Assembly: GCA_963834545.1 (NCBI GenBank)
Contig: CAWICL010000032.1
Location: forward strand, 2,472 to 66,471
Reading direction: 5' to 3'
Length of the DNA stretch: 64,000 bases
From: an uncultured Acidimicrobiaceae bacterium
GTDB taxonomy: Bacteria; Actinomycetota; Acidimicrobiia; Acidimicrobiales; RAAP-2
How positions within the stretch are numbered: position 1 is the stretch's first letter; every line of letters begins with the position of its first letter. This document shows, piece by piece, positions 37,866 through 49,717 of the stretch. Made by a program: the position numbers and the translations under genes. Below the pieces are notes generated by a model. It ran no database searches. It had not been told where the DNA came from and was given only the letters and a program-made list of their open reading frames with translations.

Positions 37866-38312
37866 GTGCGTACCTACACCCCAAAGGTCAACGAGCTGAC
37901 CCGTGACTGGCTCGTCATCGACGCCGAGGGCCTGGTGCTTGGTCGCGTCGCCACCGTGGCCGCGTCGCTCCTGCGCGGCAAACACCGAACCTTCTTCGCC
38001 CCCCACGTCGACACTGGTGACTACGTCATCATCATCAACGCCGACAAGGTCGTGGTCACCGCGAATAAGGCCGCTCAGAACTTCCACCACCACCACTCGG
38101 GTTATCCGGGCGGATTGCGTTCGGTTTCGTGGCAGAAGTTGATCGACACTGATCCCGAGAAGCTCGTCTACGAAGCCGTCAAGGGTATGGTGCCCAAGAA
38201 CCGCTTGGGTCGCGCGCAGATGGGCAAGCTCTTCGTCTACCAGGGCAGTGAGCATCCCCACGCCGCCCAGCAACCTACGAAGTACGACACTTCGGCGATC
38301 CGCCGCGGTTAA
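37866..38312 (+). CDS. rplM: 50S ribosomal protein L13
   Basis: LGRVA..LRGKH, PHVDTGDYVIIINA, HSGYPGG. Confidence 0.98.
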   Translation: MRTYTPKVNELTRDWLVIDAEGLVLGRVATVAASLLRGKHRTFFAPHVDTGDYVIIINADKVVVTANKAAQNFHHHHSGYPGGLRSVSWQKLIDTDPEKLVYEAVKGMVPKNRLGRAQMGKLFVYQGSEHPHAAQQPTKYDTSAIRRG

Positions 38313-38324
38313 GGAGAACAGTCC

Positions 38325-38717
38325 GTGCCAAGTCCGCTTACCCAAACCACCGGTCGCCGCAAAGAGGCCGTCGCTCGTGTTCGACTTCGTCCAGGTACTG
38401 GCACGATCACGATCAACTCGCGCGCCTTTGACAACTACTTCACGTCAGCAACGCACCGCCAGATGGTGATGGAGCCGTTGCGTCTTATCGACGCCCAACA
38501 GACCTACGACATCGACGCGACCATTGAAGGTGGCGGAGTTGCGGGACAGGCCGGCGCACTTCGACTCGGGATCTCTCGTTCGCTGCTCGAGATCGACGAG
38601 AACGTCCGACCGGCGCTGAAGAAGGCTGGACTACTCACGCGAGACTCTCGTAAGAAGGAGACCAAGAAGTACGGTCTCAAGAAGGCTCGTAAGGCTCCTC
38701 AGTACTCGAAGCGTTAA
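38325..38717 (+). CDS. rpsI: 30S ribosomal protein S9
   Basis: [32 protein letters not shown]. Confidence 0.98.
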   Translation: MPSPLTQTTGRRKEAVARVRLRPGTGTITINSRAFDNYFTSATHRQMVMEPLRLIDAQQTYDIDATIEGGGVAGQAGALRLGISRSLLEIDENVRPALKKAGLLTRDSRKKETKKYGLKKARKAPQYSKR

Positions 38718-40014
38718 TGGTCGTGCCCGTGCGCTTTGGCACGGACGGCATCCGCGGGCGAGCGTTCGACGAGATATCAATCGACCTCGCCTACCGGCTT
38801 GGCCGCGCGGTGTCCTCGGTGTTCGACGTGCCGGTCTTCGTGGATACGACACCCGCGAGAGTTCACCCACCCTCGCCCAGGCGGTGCTCGCGGGGCTCGT
38901 TGACGGCGGTGCGCGCGCGGTCAATCTTGGTTATTTCACGACTCCGGGCGTCGCGGTCATTGCTCAACAACGAGGTGGTGCTGGTGTGGTCGTCTCGGCG
39001 TCACACAATCTCTATTTCGACAATGGGCTAAAGGTGCTGGGCGTGGGCGGATCCAAACTCGACCACGCGACTGAAGAAGCGGTCACCGAGGCGCTGAACA
39101 CCGCGACAGCGCCCGGGCAACAATCCTTTGGCGAGTTCCCCATCGACGTCAGCGCTGAACACGACTACGCACGCCATCTTCGCGCGTTGGTGCCTGGAGA
39201 CATCTCGACGCTCAGCATTGTCATTGACTGCGCGAACGGCGCGGCAAGCCACGTGGCGCACGAACTTTTTGAAGGCACTGGTGCAACAATCACCACCATT
39301 CACGACGCTCCGAATGGTCGCAACATCAACGAGCGATGCGGCTCGACTGACGTCGCGGACCTCGTGGCGACGGTGCGTGCGCGCGGCGCCGATCTCGGGC
39401 TGGCTCTGGACGGTGATGCCGATCGATTGATCTGTGTTGACGAAAACGGCGCGGTGCGCGATGGTGACGACATGATGATTCTCTTGGCCAAGGACCGGCT
39501 CGAGCGAGGGACCTTGGGCGGAGGCCTCGTGGTGACCTCGATGAGTAACTTAGGGCTTCGACGAGCGTTGGGCTCGCTCGGTGTGGATATCGAAGAGACC
39601 GACGTCGGTGACCGAAACGTACTCATGGCGCTCGAAGAGAAGGAATGGCCCTTTGGCGGCGAGCAGTCGGGTCACTTGATTTTTCGTGACCTCAGCCCCA
39701 CGGGTGACGGACTGCTCACTGGTCTGATCGTGAGCGATCTGGTGGTTCGTCGTGGCCCCTTGGGCGCTCAAGCCAGCGCTGCGTGGCAACGTGTTCCCCA
39801 AGTTCTGATCAACATCAGCCGCGAACGGTACGAGGACGCTCCGGTCCAGCAGATCTTCGAAGAACTGGTGCAACAGCACGGGCTCGAGCGCGCAGAGGTG
39901 CGCCTACTCATTCGACCTTCGGGTACCGAGCCCGTCGTTCGAGTCATGGTCGAGGCGCTAGACGCAAAATTTGTCGATGCGTTTTGTGAACGTGTGAACG
40001 CGCTCTTCTCGTGA
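38717..40014 (+). CDS. glmM: Phosphoglucosamine mutase (frameshift near 38845)
   Basis: FGTDGIRG; VSASHN, DGDADR, GGEQSGH, IRPSGTEP. Confidence 0.93.
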
Positions 40015-40061
40015 AACGCGCCCGCTAAAGGCTTATTTAGGTCACGAGTAGGCTGGTCACC

Positions 40062-41903
40062 ATGTGCGGCATCATCGGGGTCGTTGGATCCTCGGACACG
40101 CTCGAGACCCTGCTCGAAGGTCTGCAGCGCCTCGAATACCGTGGCTATGACTCGGCGGGCGTGGCGCTCGTGCGACAAGGCCAAACCTGGCGGGCGAGAA
40201 CGGCGTCGGGCACCGAATCGGTAGCAGCGTTGCGCAACGAGTGCCGTCAGGCTCCCGCCGGCTTCCACTCGGGGATCGGCCACACTCGTTGGGCGACGCA
40301 CGGGGCCCCCGAGGCAATGAACGCGCACCCGCACCTGGATTGTTCGGGAAATATCGCCATCATTCACAACGGCATCATCGAGAACCACACCGAAATCCAA
40401 GAGCAACTCGAGTCGCGAGGTCACGTCTTCACGTCGGTGACCGACTCCGAGGTGCTCGCTCACCTCATCGAAGAATCGCGCGCGAACGGCCTCGAACTCA
40501 TCGAAGCGGTGCGCCAGAGTCTGCACACGGTGCGTGGAGCCTTTGCCCTCGCCGCGATGGACTGCAGCGAACCCGACGTCATCGTCGCCGCGCGGCGTAT
40601 CTCGCCACTCGTCGTGGGTACCGCACCGGGCGTGACGTATTTGGCGAGTGACGTTCCGGCGATCCTTGATCGCGCGACGGCCTTCTACGCGGTGAACGAC
40701 GACGAGATCGTTCGCCTAGGACCCGAGGGGTTTCGGGCCATCGACCTCGAGGGGTCTCCGGTGCGGCTTCGACAACTCCAGATTGATTGGGACCTCGAGA
40801 CCGCCGAGAAGGGCGGCAACGACGATTTCATGTCCAAGGAGATCAACGAGCAACCCGACGCGATTCGTGCGACGTTGCTTGATCGGCGCCGACGTGATGG
40901 ACGCATTGTCTTTGACGAGCTTCGCGTGAGCGACGACGAATTGCGCAACGTGAAACGCGTTGTCTTGGTGGCAGCGGGAACCTCACACCACGCCGCGCTG
41001 GTCGCCAAGTACGCCATCGAGCGATGGGCCCGAGTGAGCGTCGAGGTCGATATCTCGAGTGAGTACCGCTACCGCGATCCGATTGTCGAGATCGGCACGC
41101 TCGTGATTGGCGTCTCCCAGAGTGGCGAGACCATTGACACAATCCAGGCAACACGCGAAGCGCAGCGTCGAGGTGCACGAGTGGTGGCGGTGTCGAACAT
41201 CGTCGATTCTTCGCTCGCTCGCGAGGCCGATGCGGTGATCTACACCCGTGCGGGGCTGGAGGTCTCGGTCGCTTCCACTAAGGCTTTCGTCGCACAGGTC
41301 GCGGCCCTGGAACTTCTCGCCTTGCGACTCGCCCAGTTGCGAAACACCCTGCCTCCAGAGGACATCGACGCGCTGTTTCTTGGGTTGAACGCGGTCAGCG
41401 CACAGGTCGCCACGGCGCTCGATCGCCGCGACGATGTGATGGACGTCGCCAAGCAGCTGCTCGGAAGTCACGACTTCTTCTTCTTGGGTCGCCACGTCGG
41501 ATTCCCGACTGCGTTAGAAGGTGCCCTGAAACTGAAGGAGCTCACCTATCTTCACGCCGAGGGCTATCCCGCGGGTGAGTTGAAGCACGGACCCCTGGCG
41601 CTGATCGAGCCCGGGGTGGTGGTCGTGGCGGTGGCGACGGACTTGGCGATGCACGAGAAGATCTTGTCCAACCTCGCCGAAGTGAAGGCCCGAGGTGCGA
41701 GCGTGGTCGCGGTAGCAACCGATGACGACGAAGCGATCGCTGCGGTGGCTGATTTTGTCTTGCGAGTACCCGCCACCGAGCCGATGTTCACGCCAATGGT
41801 CGATGTCATCCCCCTGCAACTCTTCGCGTACTTCATGGCCCGCGGGCTCAATCGCAACGTCGATCGTCCCCGTAACCTCGCCAAGACCGTGACGGTCGAG
41901 TAG
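40062..41903 (+). CDS. glmS: Glutamine--fructose-6-phosphate aminotransferase
   Basis: MCGIIG, LEYRGYDSAG, GHTRWATHG, SQSGET, PRNLAKTVTVE. Confidence 0.98.
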   Translation: MCGIIGVVGSSDTLETLLEGLQRLEYRGYDSAGVALVRQGQTWRARTASGTESVAALRNECRQAPAGFHSGIGHTRWATHGAPEAMNAHPHLDCSGNIAIIHNGIIENHTEIQEQLESRGHVFTSVTDSEVLAHLIEESRANGLELIEAVRQSLHTVRGAFALAAMDCSEPDVIVAARRISPLVVGTAPGVTYLASDVPAILDRATAFYAVNDDEIVRLGPEGFRAIDLEGSPVRLRQLQIDWDLETAEKGGNDDFMSKEINEQPDAIRATLLDRRRRDGRIVFDELRVSDDELRNVKRVVLVAAGTSHHAALVAKYAIERWARVSVEVDISSEYRYRDPIVEIGTLVIGVSQSGETIDTIQATREAQRRGARVVAVSNIVDSSLAREADAVIYTRAGLEVSVASTKAFVAQVAALELLALRLAQLRNTLPPEDIDALFLGLNAVSAQVATALDRRDDVMDVAKQLLGSHDFFFLGRHVGFPTALEGALKLKELTYLHAEGYPAGELKHGPLALIEPGVVVVAVATDLAMHEKILSNLAEVKARGASVVAVATDDDEAIAAVADFVLRVPATEPMFTPMVDVIPLQLFAYFMARGLNRNVDRPRNLAKTVTVE

Positions 41904-42280
41904 TGCCAACGACGAGCGTCGGGGTTGACGTCGTGGACGTTCCTCGATTCACCTCGGCGATTACTCGACACCCACGACTCGTGAACCGACTCTTCACCGA
42001 TCAAGAACAACTCGATGCACGTTCGGCGCCCGAACGCCTCGCGGCACGCTTCGCCGCCAAAGAGGCCGTGCTGAAGACGCTGCACGTTGGTATCGGAGCC
42101 ACGCCCTGGCACGCCATAGAGATTCATCGCTCGCGCGAAGGGGTACCAAGCGTGCACTTGCACGGTCGCGCCCTCGAACTCGCGACGAGTCGCGGTGTTC
42201 GCTCGATGCACCTGTCGATGTCGCACACCGCGCTGACCGCGATTGCCTTCGTGGTGGGTGACTCGTCCCAGCGCCCATGA
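41903..42280 (+). CDS. acpS: Holo-ACP synthase
   Basis: GVDVV, LAARFAAKEA, HLSMSH. Confidence 0.95.
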   Translation: MPTTSVGVDVVDVPRFTSAITRHPRLVNRLFTDQEQLDARSAPERLAARFAAKEAVLKTLHVGIGATPWHAIEIHRSREGVPSVHLHGRALELATSRGVRSMHLSMSHTALTAIAFVVGDSSQRP

Positions 42281-43422
42281 ACGCCAACGTCAACCACCGG
42301 CCCTCGTGGGCGGAGGTCTCCTTGGCGGCCATTGCGAACAATGTGGCCGCCATGAAAGCCGTCCTTGGCACTACACGGCTCATGGGTGTCGTGAAGGCCA
42401 ATGGTTACGGGCACGGGATCGAACTGGCGGCACGCGTGATGGCTGAGGCGGGCGTCGACTGGTTTGGCGTCGCCACCGTTGACGAAGGAATTGAGTTGCG
42501 CGAATCAACGATCACCGCACCGATCTTGATTCTCGCCGAGGTTCCCGAGGAATCGCTGCGCGACGCGATCACGAGCAGTCTGACCCTGACTATTGGTTCG
42601 CTCGAAGGGGCGAGCGCCGCGATTGAAGCCGCGAGCAACGTGGGAGGAGTGCACGCCGTGCACCTAAAGGTCGACACCGGCATGCACCGCATGGGCGTGG
42701 ATCCCAGTGATGTTTCGCGCGCGTTGGAGATCTTGGAGGCCTCAGCACATATTGACGTCGAGGGCATCTGGACCCATTGCAGCGTCGCCGACGGCTCGAG
42801 CGGTGATGATCGCGCCTTCACCCGGTCCCAGATCGAGCACTTCGACACGCTGGTGAGCGCACTCGGACCAAGGTGTCCGCGCGTTCGCCACGTTGCGAAC
42901 TCAGCGGGTGCCCTTGGTTATCCGGGTTCTCGTTATGACCTCGCGCGCGTTGGTCTGGCGCTCTACGGGTATCTGCCCAGGGGTTGGTTGTCGGGGGAAC
43001 TCGAACAGCGCGGTCTTCATCTCGAGCCCGTGCTGACCCTGCGCTCACAGGTAGTGGCGATTCGTCGAGTGAGCGAAGGGGAGCGTCCCAGTTACGGTCG
43101 ACGCCGAGCGACGACGAGCGCGAGCACCATCGTGACCGTGCCCTTTGGTTACGCCGATGGATTCCCCCGCCGTTTCTTTGATGCGGGCGCCCAAGTGCTG
43201 ATCAAGGGCCGTCGCTATCCCCTGGCGGGAGTCGTCACGATGGATCAACTGCTCATAGACGTTGGCGACGACAACGTGGCGATGGGGGACGAAGTCGTGC
43301 TCCTCGGTCGCCAAGGAAGCGAAGTTCTCAGTGCCGATGAGTGGGCGAGTTGGGGCGAGACAATCTCGTGGGAAGTTCTGTGTGGCATCGGAGCTCGAGT
43401 TCCGCGCCTGCTCGTGGATTGA
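42277..43422 (+). CDS. alr: Alanine racemase
   Basis: VVKANGYGHG, HLKVDTGMHR, GYADG, MDQ. Confidence 0.97.
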   Translation: MNANVNHRPSWAEVSLAAIANNVAAMKAVLGTTRLMGVVKANGYGHGIELAARVMAEAGVDWFGVATVDEGIELRESTITAPILILAEVPEESLRDAITSSLTLTIGSLEGASAAIEAASNVGGVHAVHLKVDTGMHRMGVDPSDVSRALEILEASAHIDVEGIWTHCSVADGSSGDDRAFTRSQIEHFDTLVSALGPRCPRVRHVANSAGALGYPGSRYDLARVGLALYGYLPRGWLSGELEQRGLHLEPVLTLRSQVVAIRRVSEGERPSYGRRRATTSASTIVTVPFGYADGFPRRFFDAGAQVLIKGRRYPLAGVVTMDQLLIDVGDDNVAMGDEVVLLGRQGSEVLSADEWASWGETISWEVLCGIGARVPRLLVD

Positions 43423-43967
43423 TGCGCGATCTCGACGAGCTCAGTACGTGCACGAGGTGTGCGCTGAGCCTGCATCGCCAACGCGTCGTGATAGGTGAAG
43501 GACCCGAACACGCGCCGCTCATGATCGTGGGTGAGGCACCGGGAAAGACCGAGGACGAGGGCGGCGCACCGTTCATTGGTCGAAGTGGTCGCCTGCTGTT
43601 CACCCTGGTGTTCGAAGAACTCGGGCGCACGCGCGAGCAGTGCTTCGTGACCAACGTGGTGAAATGTCGGCCACCGGCCAATCGAGCCCCGAAGCCGGTC
43701 GAGATCGCGGCGTGTCGAGGTTGGCTCGACGAGCAGCTCGTTCGTTGTGCGCCTCAGGTGGTGCTCGCCCTCGGCAACACCGCCGCCCGAGCGATCTTCG
43801 GTTTCGAGGAGGGCATTGGTCAGACCCATGGTCGCGTCACTGCGATCGGCCCGGCGCGGGGGTTGTCCACGTATCACCCCGCCGCTGCGCTGCGTGGCGG
43901 ACCTAGCGTTGTGGACGTGATGAGGAGCGACCTGCGGATCGTTCGAGAATTGTTGGAGACGACGTGA
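43422..43967 (+). CDS. Uracil-DNA glycosylase, family 4 (4Fe-4S)
   Basis: CTRC, GEAPG..ED, TNVVKCRPP, TYHPAA; ATG overlaps the alr stop. Confidence 0.92.
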   Translation: MRDLDELSTCTRCALSLHRQRVVIGEGPEHAPLMIVGEAPGKTEDEGGAPFIGRSGRLLFTLVFEELGRTREQCFVTNVVKCRPPANRAPKPVEIAACRGWLDEQLVRCAPQVVLALGNTAARAIFGFEEGIGQTHGRVTAIGPARGLSTYHPAAALRGGPSVVDVMRSDLRIVRELLETT

Positions 43968-44449
43968 CCTACCAACGTGTCTGCGTTGATGACGCGCAGA
44001 CCCAACTCGCGGGCGAGGACTTCGCTCGCGTGCTGCGCGCCGGGGACATCGTGCTGCTTTCAGGAACCCTCGGGGCGGGAAAGACCACCTTCGTCAAGGG
44101 TGTCGCCAGGGGACTCGGTGTCAAGGAACGAGTGACCAGTCCCACCTTCACGGTCGTTCGAGAACACGAGTGTCATAACGATGTGGGAATCGTCACGCTG
44201 CACCACGCCGATGTCTACCGAATCGAGAGTCTGGACGAAGTACTCGAACTCTCACTCGGCGAGCTCGTCGAAGAGCGAGCGGTCGCTCTCGTTGAATGGG
44301 GGGAGCTCGCCGCCTCGGTCTTTGGACGCGAAGTGCTATGCGTGCACGTGCACGTGGACGTCGATGACGACGACACCCGACACCTCGAGGTGGACGGATC
44401 GATGGACGAGCACCGCCGCGAACTCGTGGCTCGCTGGAGCGCCCGATGA
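43964..44449 (+). CDS. tsaE: t6A biosynthesis ATPase TsaE
   Basis: [23 protein letters not shown]. Confidence 0.95.
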   Translation: MTYQRVCVDDAQTQLAGEDFARVLRAGDIVLLSGTLGAGKTTFVKGVARGLGVKERVTSPTFTVVREHECHNDVGIVTLHHADVYRIESLDEVLELSLGELVEERAVALVEWGELAASVFGREVLCVHVHVDVDDDDTRHLEVDGSMDEHRRELVARWSAR

Positions 44450-45122
44450 ACTTGCTCGCCATCGAGACCTCGACTCAGGCGTGCGCGATCGGCATCTCGC
44501 ACGGCGCCAAAGAAGATATACGGGTGCTCGATCTTGAGCGTCGCCACACCGAGGTGCTCGCTGGGGGGATTCTCGAGGCGCTCAGTGAGAACGGACTGGT
44601 GGCGCGCGACCTCATTGGGTGGTCGTTGACGTCGGTCCAGGTTTGTACACGGGGCTGCGCGTGGGCGTCGCGAGCGCGATTGGGCTCAGCGAGGGACTGG
44701 GACGTCCGCTCGTCGCGGTGAGCTCACTCGAGCTGTTCGCCCACGGGGCGCTTCAAGCCGGGGTGTCGGGGACGTTGGTGTGCTGCGTGGACGGACGCCG
44801 CGGTGAGGTGTTCGTGCAGCGCTTTCACCTCGACGAGGGCGTCGTGTCGCACGCGACACCCGAGGTCGCCACCCCCCGAGACGTCGTCATCCAATGGGCG
44901 ACTGACGGAGCGCCCGTCACGTTCACCGGCGACGGGGTCGCTCGATATTTCAGGGATTTCAACGCGGTGCCCAATGGTGAGGTCTTCGAGCAGACCATTC
45001 CCCCGGTCGAACAGGCACTTCGTCTCGGCGCGACTCGTGAGCCGAGTCAGCGCGTCGTGCCGCTTTATCTGCGCGAGGCCGACGCCGTCGCGAACTTCTC
45101 GACACGCGAACGCCCCACGTGA
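44446..45122 (+). CDS. tsaB: t6A biosynthesis protein TsaB (frameshift near 44618)
   Basis: LLAIETST..RHTE; GPGLYTGLRVG, DGRRGEV, PLYLRE. Confidence 0.92.
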
Positions 45123-45604
45123 GCACCTGGGCAATCCGACTCGCCGAGCGACGAGACGTCAATGAGTTGCTCGTCATTGAGAACACACAGTTTCCCGAAC
45201 CATGGACGAAGAACATGCTGCTCGAAGAGATCACGAACGTCGCCACTCGTCGCTACACCGTCGCGACCTTCGAGGGGCGGATTATCGGGTACCTCGGGGT
45301 GATGTTCGTGATGGACGAGTTGCACGTCAACACGCTCGGCACCCTGGCGGACTTCGAAGGACGAGGTGTCGCCACTTCGCTGATGGATGAGGCGTGGCTT
45401 GACGCGAAGCGTCGCGGCATCACGCGCGCCACCCTTGAAGTCGCCGCCTCGAACACGCGGGCGCAACGTCTCTACTATTCATACGGCTTCAAGCCCGTGG
45501 GAGTGCGAAAGAACTACTACGAACGCACGCACGAAGACGCCCTGGTCCTTTGGGCTGATCTCGTTGACGAGTCCGAGACCAAGCGTCCTACGCTGGATTC
45601 ATGA
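45119..45604 (+). CDS. rimI: Ribosomal-protein alanine N-acetyltransferase RimI
   Basis: FPEPW, LEVAASN..AQRLY, RKNYY..EDAL; between tsaB and tsaD. Confidence 0.9.
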   Translation: MSTWAIRLAERRDVNELLVIENTQFPEPWTKNMLLEEITNVATRRYTVATFEGRIIGYLGVMFVMDELHVNTLGTLADFEGRGVATSLMDEAWLDAKRRGITRATLEVAASNTRAQRLYYSYGFKPVGVRKNYYERTHEDALVLWADLVDESETKRPTLDS

Positions 45605-46605
45605 AGGTCCTCGGCATCGAGACGAGTTGTGACGAGACCGCGGCCGCGGTCGTGGACGATACCTTGCACGTCGACTCCTCGGTGGTCGAGTCCTCCATTG
45701 ACCAGCACCGTGCCTTTGGTGGTGTGGTCCCCGAACTCGCGGGCCGGGCCCACGTGACGACCATTGGGCCGGTTGTTCGCGCGGCGCTCGAGGGCGCGCG
45801 GCTCGACCCTACGGCGCCCGCCATCGACGCCATTGCCGTCACCAGCGGCCCCGGACTCGTTGGTTCGCTCCTCGTTGGCCTCTCGGCCGCCAAGGCCTAC
45901 GCCATTGCCTGGGACGTGCCGTTCGTCGGGGTCAATCACCTCGAGGGCCACCTTTTCGCGCCTCTGCTCGAACAACGTGGTCTCCAATGGCCGCTTCTCA
46001 CGCTGCTCGTGTCGGGCGGGCACAGTCTTATTGTCTTGCAAGCCGGACCCGGCGAACACGTGGTCTTGGGGGAGACCATTGACGACGCCGCGGGTGAGGC
46101 CTACGACAAAGTCGCACGTTGGCTTGGTCTCGGTTATCCCGGTGGACCCGAGATCGACCGCCTCGCCCAGCAAGGGGATGCTTCGAAACTGCGTCTACCG
46201 GTCTCGAGCATCGGTGACGATTTCGACCTCTCGTTCTCGGGACTGAAAACCGCCGTCGTTCGCGCCACGCAGAAGGATTCACAACTCGAGCTCGCCGACG
46301 TCGCGGCCTCGTTCCAAGCCGCGGTGGGTGAGCAGTTATTGGCGAAACTTCGCCACGCGATGCAGCGCCATGACGTGCGCGGCGTCGCACTCGCTGGTGG
46401 TGTGGCGGCGAACTCGCATCTACGCGTGCTAGTGCGCGAGCTCGCCAACGAGTTTGGCGTCGTGGCCCATCTTCCGTCGATGGCGATGTGCACCGACAAC
46501 GCCGCGATGATCGCGGCCGCGGGGTTGTACCGCTTCACCCACGACGGAGCCAGTGCGATGTCGTTACCGGCTCGGGTGAATTGGCAGTTGGCTGAGGTCT
46601 CGTGA
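45601..46605 (+). CDS. tsaD: t6A threonylcarbamoyltransferase TsaD
   Basis: LGIETSCDET, VNHLEGH, LVSGGH, DDAAGEAYDK, CTDNAAMIA. Confidence 0.97.
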   Translation: MKVLGIETSCDETAAAVVDDTLHVDSSVVESSIDQHRAFGGVVPELAGRAHVTTIGPVVRAALEGARLDPTAPAIDAIAVTSGPGLVGSLLVGLSAAKAYAIAWDVPFVGVNHLEGHLFAPLLEQRGLQWPLLTLLVSGGHSLIVLQAGPGEHVVLGETIDDAAGEAYDKVARWLGLGYPGGPEIDRLAQQGDASKLRLPVSSIGDDFDLSFSGLKTAVVRATQKDSQLELADVAASFQAAVGEQLLAKLRHAMQRHDVRGVALAGGVAANSHLRVLVRELANEFGVVAHLPSMAMCTDNAAMIAAAGLYRFTHDGASAMSLPARVNWQLAEVS

Positions 46606-47213
46606 GCGAGCGATGGACGCCACTGAACGTTGAGGACTGTGAGGCGGATCCCTTCGCGCAATTTGAGCGGTGGTTCCACGAGGCGAAGGACGTGATGCGC
46701 GAACGAGAAGCGATCGTGCTCGTCACCGCGAGCAACGACGCGCATCCGAGTGCGCGTATGGTGCTGCTTCGACATCGCGACGCCGAGTCCTTCGGGTGGT
46801 ATTCGAACTACGAGTCGAGGAAGGGCCACGAACTCGACGAGAATCCCAACGCGGCGCTGCTCTGGTACTGCGAGCCCCTGGGACGCCAGGTGCGCGTTGA
46901 GGGAAACGTCGAGCCAATGAGCGAATCTGAGTCCGATGACTACTTCGCTGCTCGCCCGAGGGGCCACCAGATCGGAGCGCACGCGAGTCACCAGAGCGCC
47001 CTCCTCGTGAACCGCGCCGAACTCGAAGATGCGGTTCGACAAGTCGAAGCCCGATTCGAGGGGCGCGACGTGCCCCGACCCCCGTACTGGGGCGGTTACC
47101 GTCTGAGGCCTCATTTCTTTGAGTTCTGGCAGCATCGTGAGGACCGGCTCCACGACCGGGTCTTTTACCGGCTCGAATCGGGCCACTGGCGACGCGAGCG
47201 CCACGCTCCCTAA
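46602..47213 (+). CDS. pdxH: Pyridoxamine 5'-phosphate oxidase
   Basis: PSARMVLL, NYESRKG, RQVRVEG, WGGY, EFWQ..RLHDR. Confidence 0.95.
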   Translation: MSERWTPLNVEDCEADPFAQFERWFHEAKDVMREREAIVLVTASNDAHPSARMVLLRHRDAESFGWYSNYESRKGHELDENPNAALLWYCEPLGRQVRVEGNVEPMSESESDDYFAARPRGHQIGAHASHQSALLVNRAELEDAVRQVEARFEGRDVPRPPYWGGYRLRPHFFEFWQHREDRLHDRVFYRLESGHWRRERHAP

Positions 47214-47220
47214 GGCACCG

Positions 47221-47275
47221 TTGGCACTCGTCCACTCGGGCTGCTAAATTGGCAGTCACAGGTTTCGAGTGCTAA
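47221..47275 (+). promoter_or_regulatory. Tandem CIRCE elements (HrcA operators)
   Basis: TTGGCACTC-N9-GGCTGCTAA (47221-47247) and TTGGCAGTC-N9-GAGTGCTAA (47249-47275) before groES. Confidence 0.9.
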
Positions 47276-47296
47276 TTGCGCAGGAGGCAACAAAAA

Positions 47297-47590
47297 ATGA
47301 AGCTACACCCACTAGAAGACCGCATCGTGGTCCGTCCCAACAGCGCTGAGGCGACCACCGCCTCGGGTCTGGTTATTCCCGACACCGCGAAGGAGAAGCC
47401 CCAGCAGGGTGAAGTCCTTGCGACGGGTCCGGGTCGTCGCACCGAGAGCACGGGCGACGTGATCCCTACCGGCGTCAATGTCGGTGACACGGTCGTCTAC
47501 TCCAAGTACGGCGGTACCGAGATCACGGTCGACGGCGAGGATCTCTTGATTCTCTCCAGTCGTGACGTACTCGCCACGATCTCGAAGTAG
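47297..47590 (+). CDS. groES: Co-chaperonin GroES
   Basis: [34 protein letters not shown]; SD AGGAGG. Confidence 0.98.
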   Translation: MKLHPLEDRIVVRPNSAEATTASGLVIPDTAKEKPQQGEVLATGPGRRTESTGDVIPTGVNVGDTVVYSKYGGTEITVDGEDLLILSSRDVLATISK

Positions 47591-49228
<1,638 letters not shown>

Positions 49229-49248
49229 TTCGAAGTTGTTTGCAGATT

Positions 49249-49276
49249 GGCCGGGCCTCGTTGGCCCGGCCTTTTT
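49249..49276 (+). terminator. Intrinsic terminator after groEL
   Basis: GGCCGGGCC-tcgtt-GGCCCGGCC-TTTTT. Confidence 0.9.
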
Positions 49277-49436
49277 GCATTGACAAGCGAAGCGGGGACA
49301 GGTCAAGAGTTCACGGCGCGGCTTTTGAGCAATCGATGGACACCGGCTTTGCGAGGGTCGCACCCCATGCCCTATCTCGCCTCGCCGCAACGAGAGGTAT
49401 GTTGGAGTTGCAGGACGAATGTATTGAAGGAGCGCT

Positions 49437-49691
49437 ATGAGTCATACAACGACCAGAAGCATTCATTGGCCATACTGGTCAGACTCCACGTGGCGGACGT
49501 ATCGAATAATCCAATTGTGCACCGCGCTCAGTACGATCGTCATCCTCGTGGCGTACTTGGCTGGCGCATCGGCGTTGCTCTATCCGCTCGCCGCAGTGGT
49601 GATCCTTAACGTTGTCGCAGCAACGTTTCTTCTTGCCCGGACGCTCTGGATGAGATTTTATTTGCATCAACCTTTTGACAAGAGGTCGTGA
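49437..49691 (+). CDS. Small hypothetical two-TM membrane protein
   Basis: SD AAGGAG 5 nt upstream; two hydrophobic segments. Confidence 0.55.
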   Translation: MSHTTTRSIHWPYWSDSTWRTYRIIQLCTALSTIVILVAYLAGASALLYPLAAVVILNVVAATFLLARTLWMRFYLHQPFDKRS

Positions 49692-49717
49692 CACTCGTTC
49701 GGTTCGCGTGACGGTTC

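Noticed and set aside
40015-40061. glmS ribozyme
   Set aside because: Spacer is only 47 nt and lacks the core motifs
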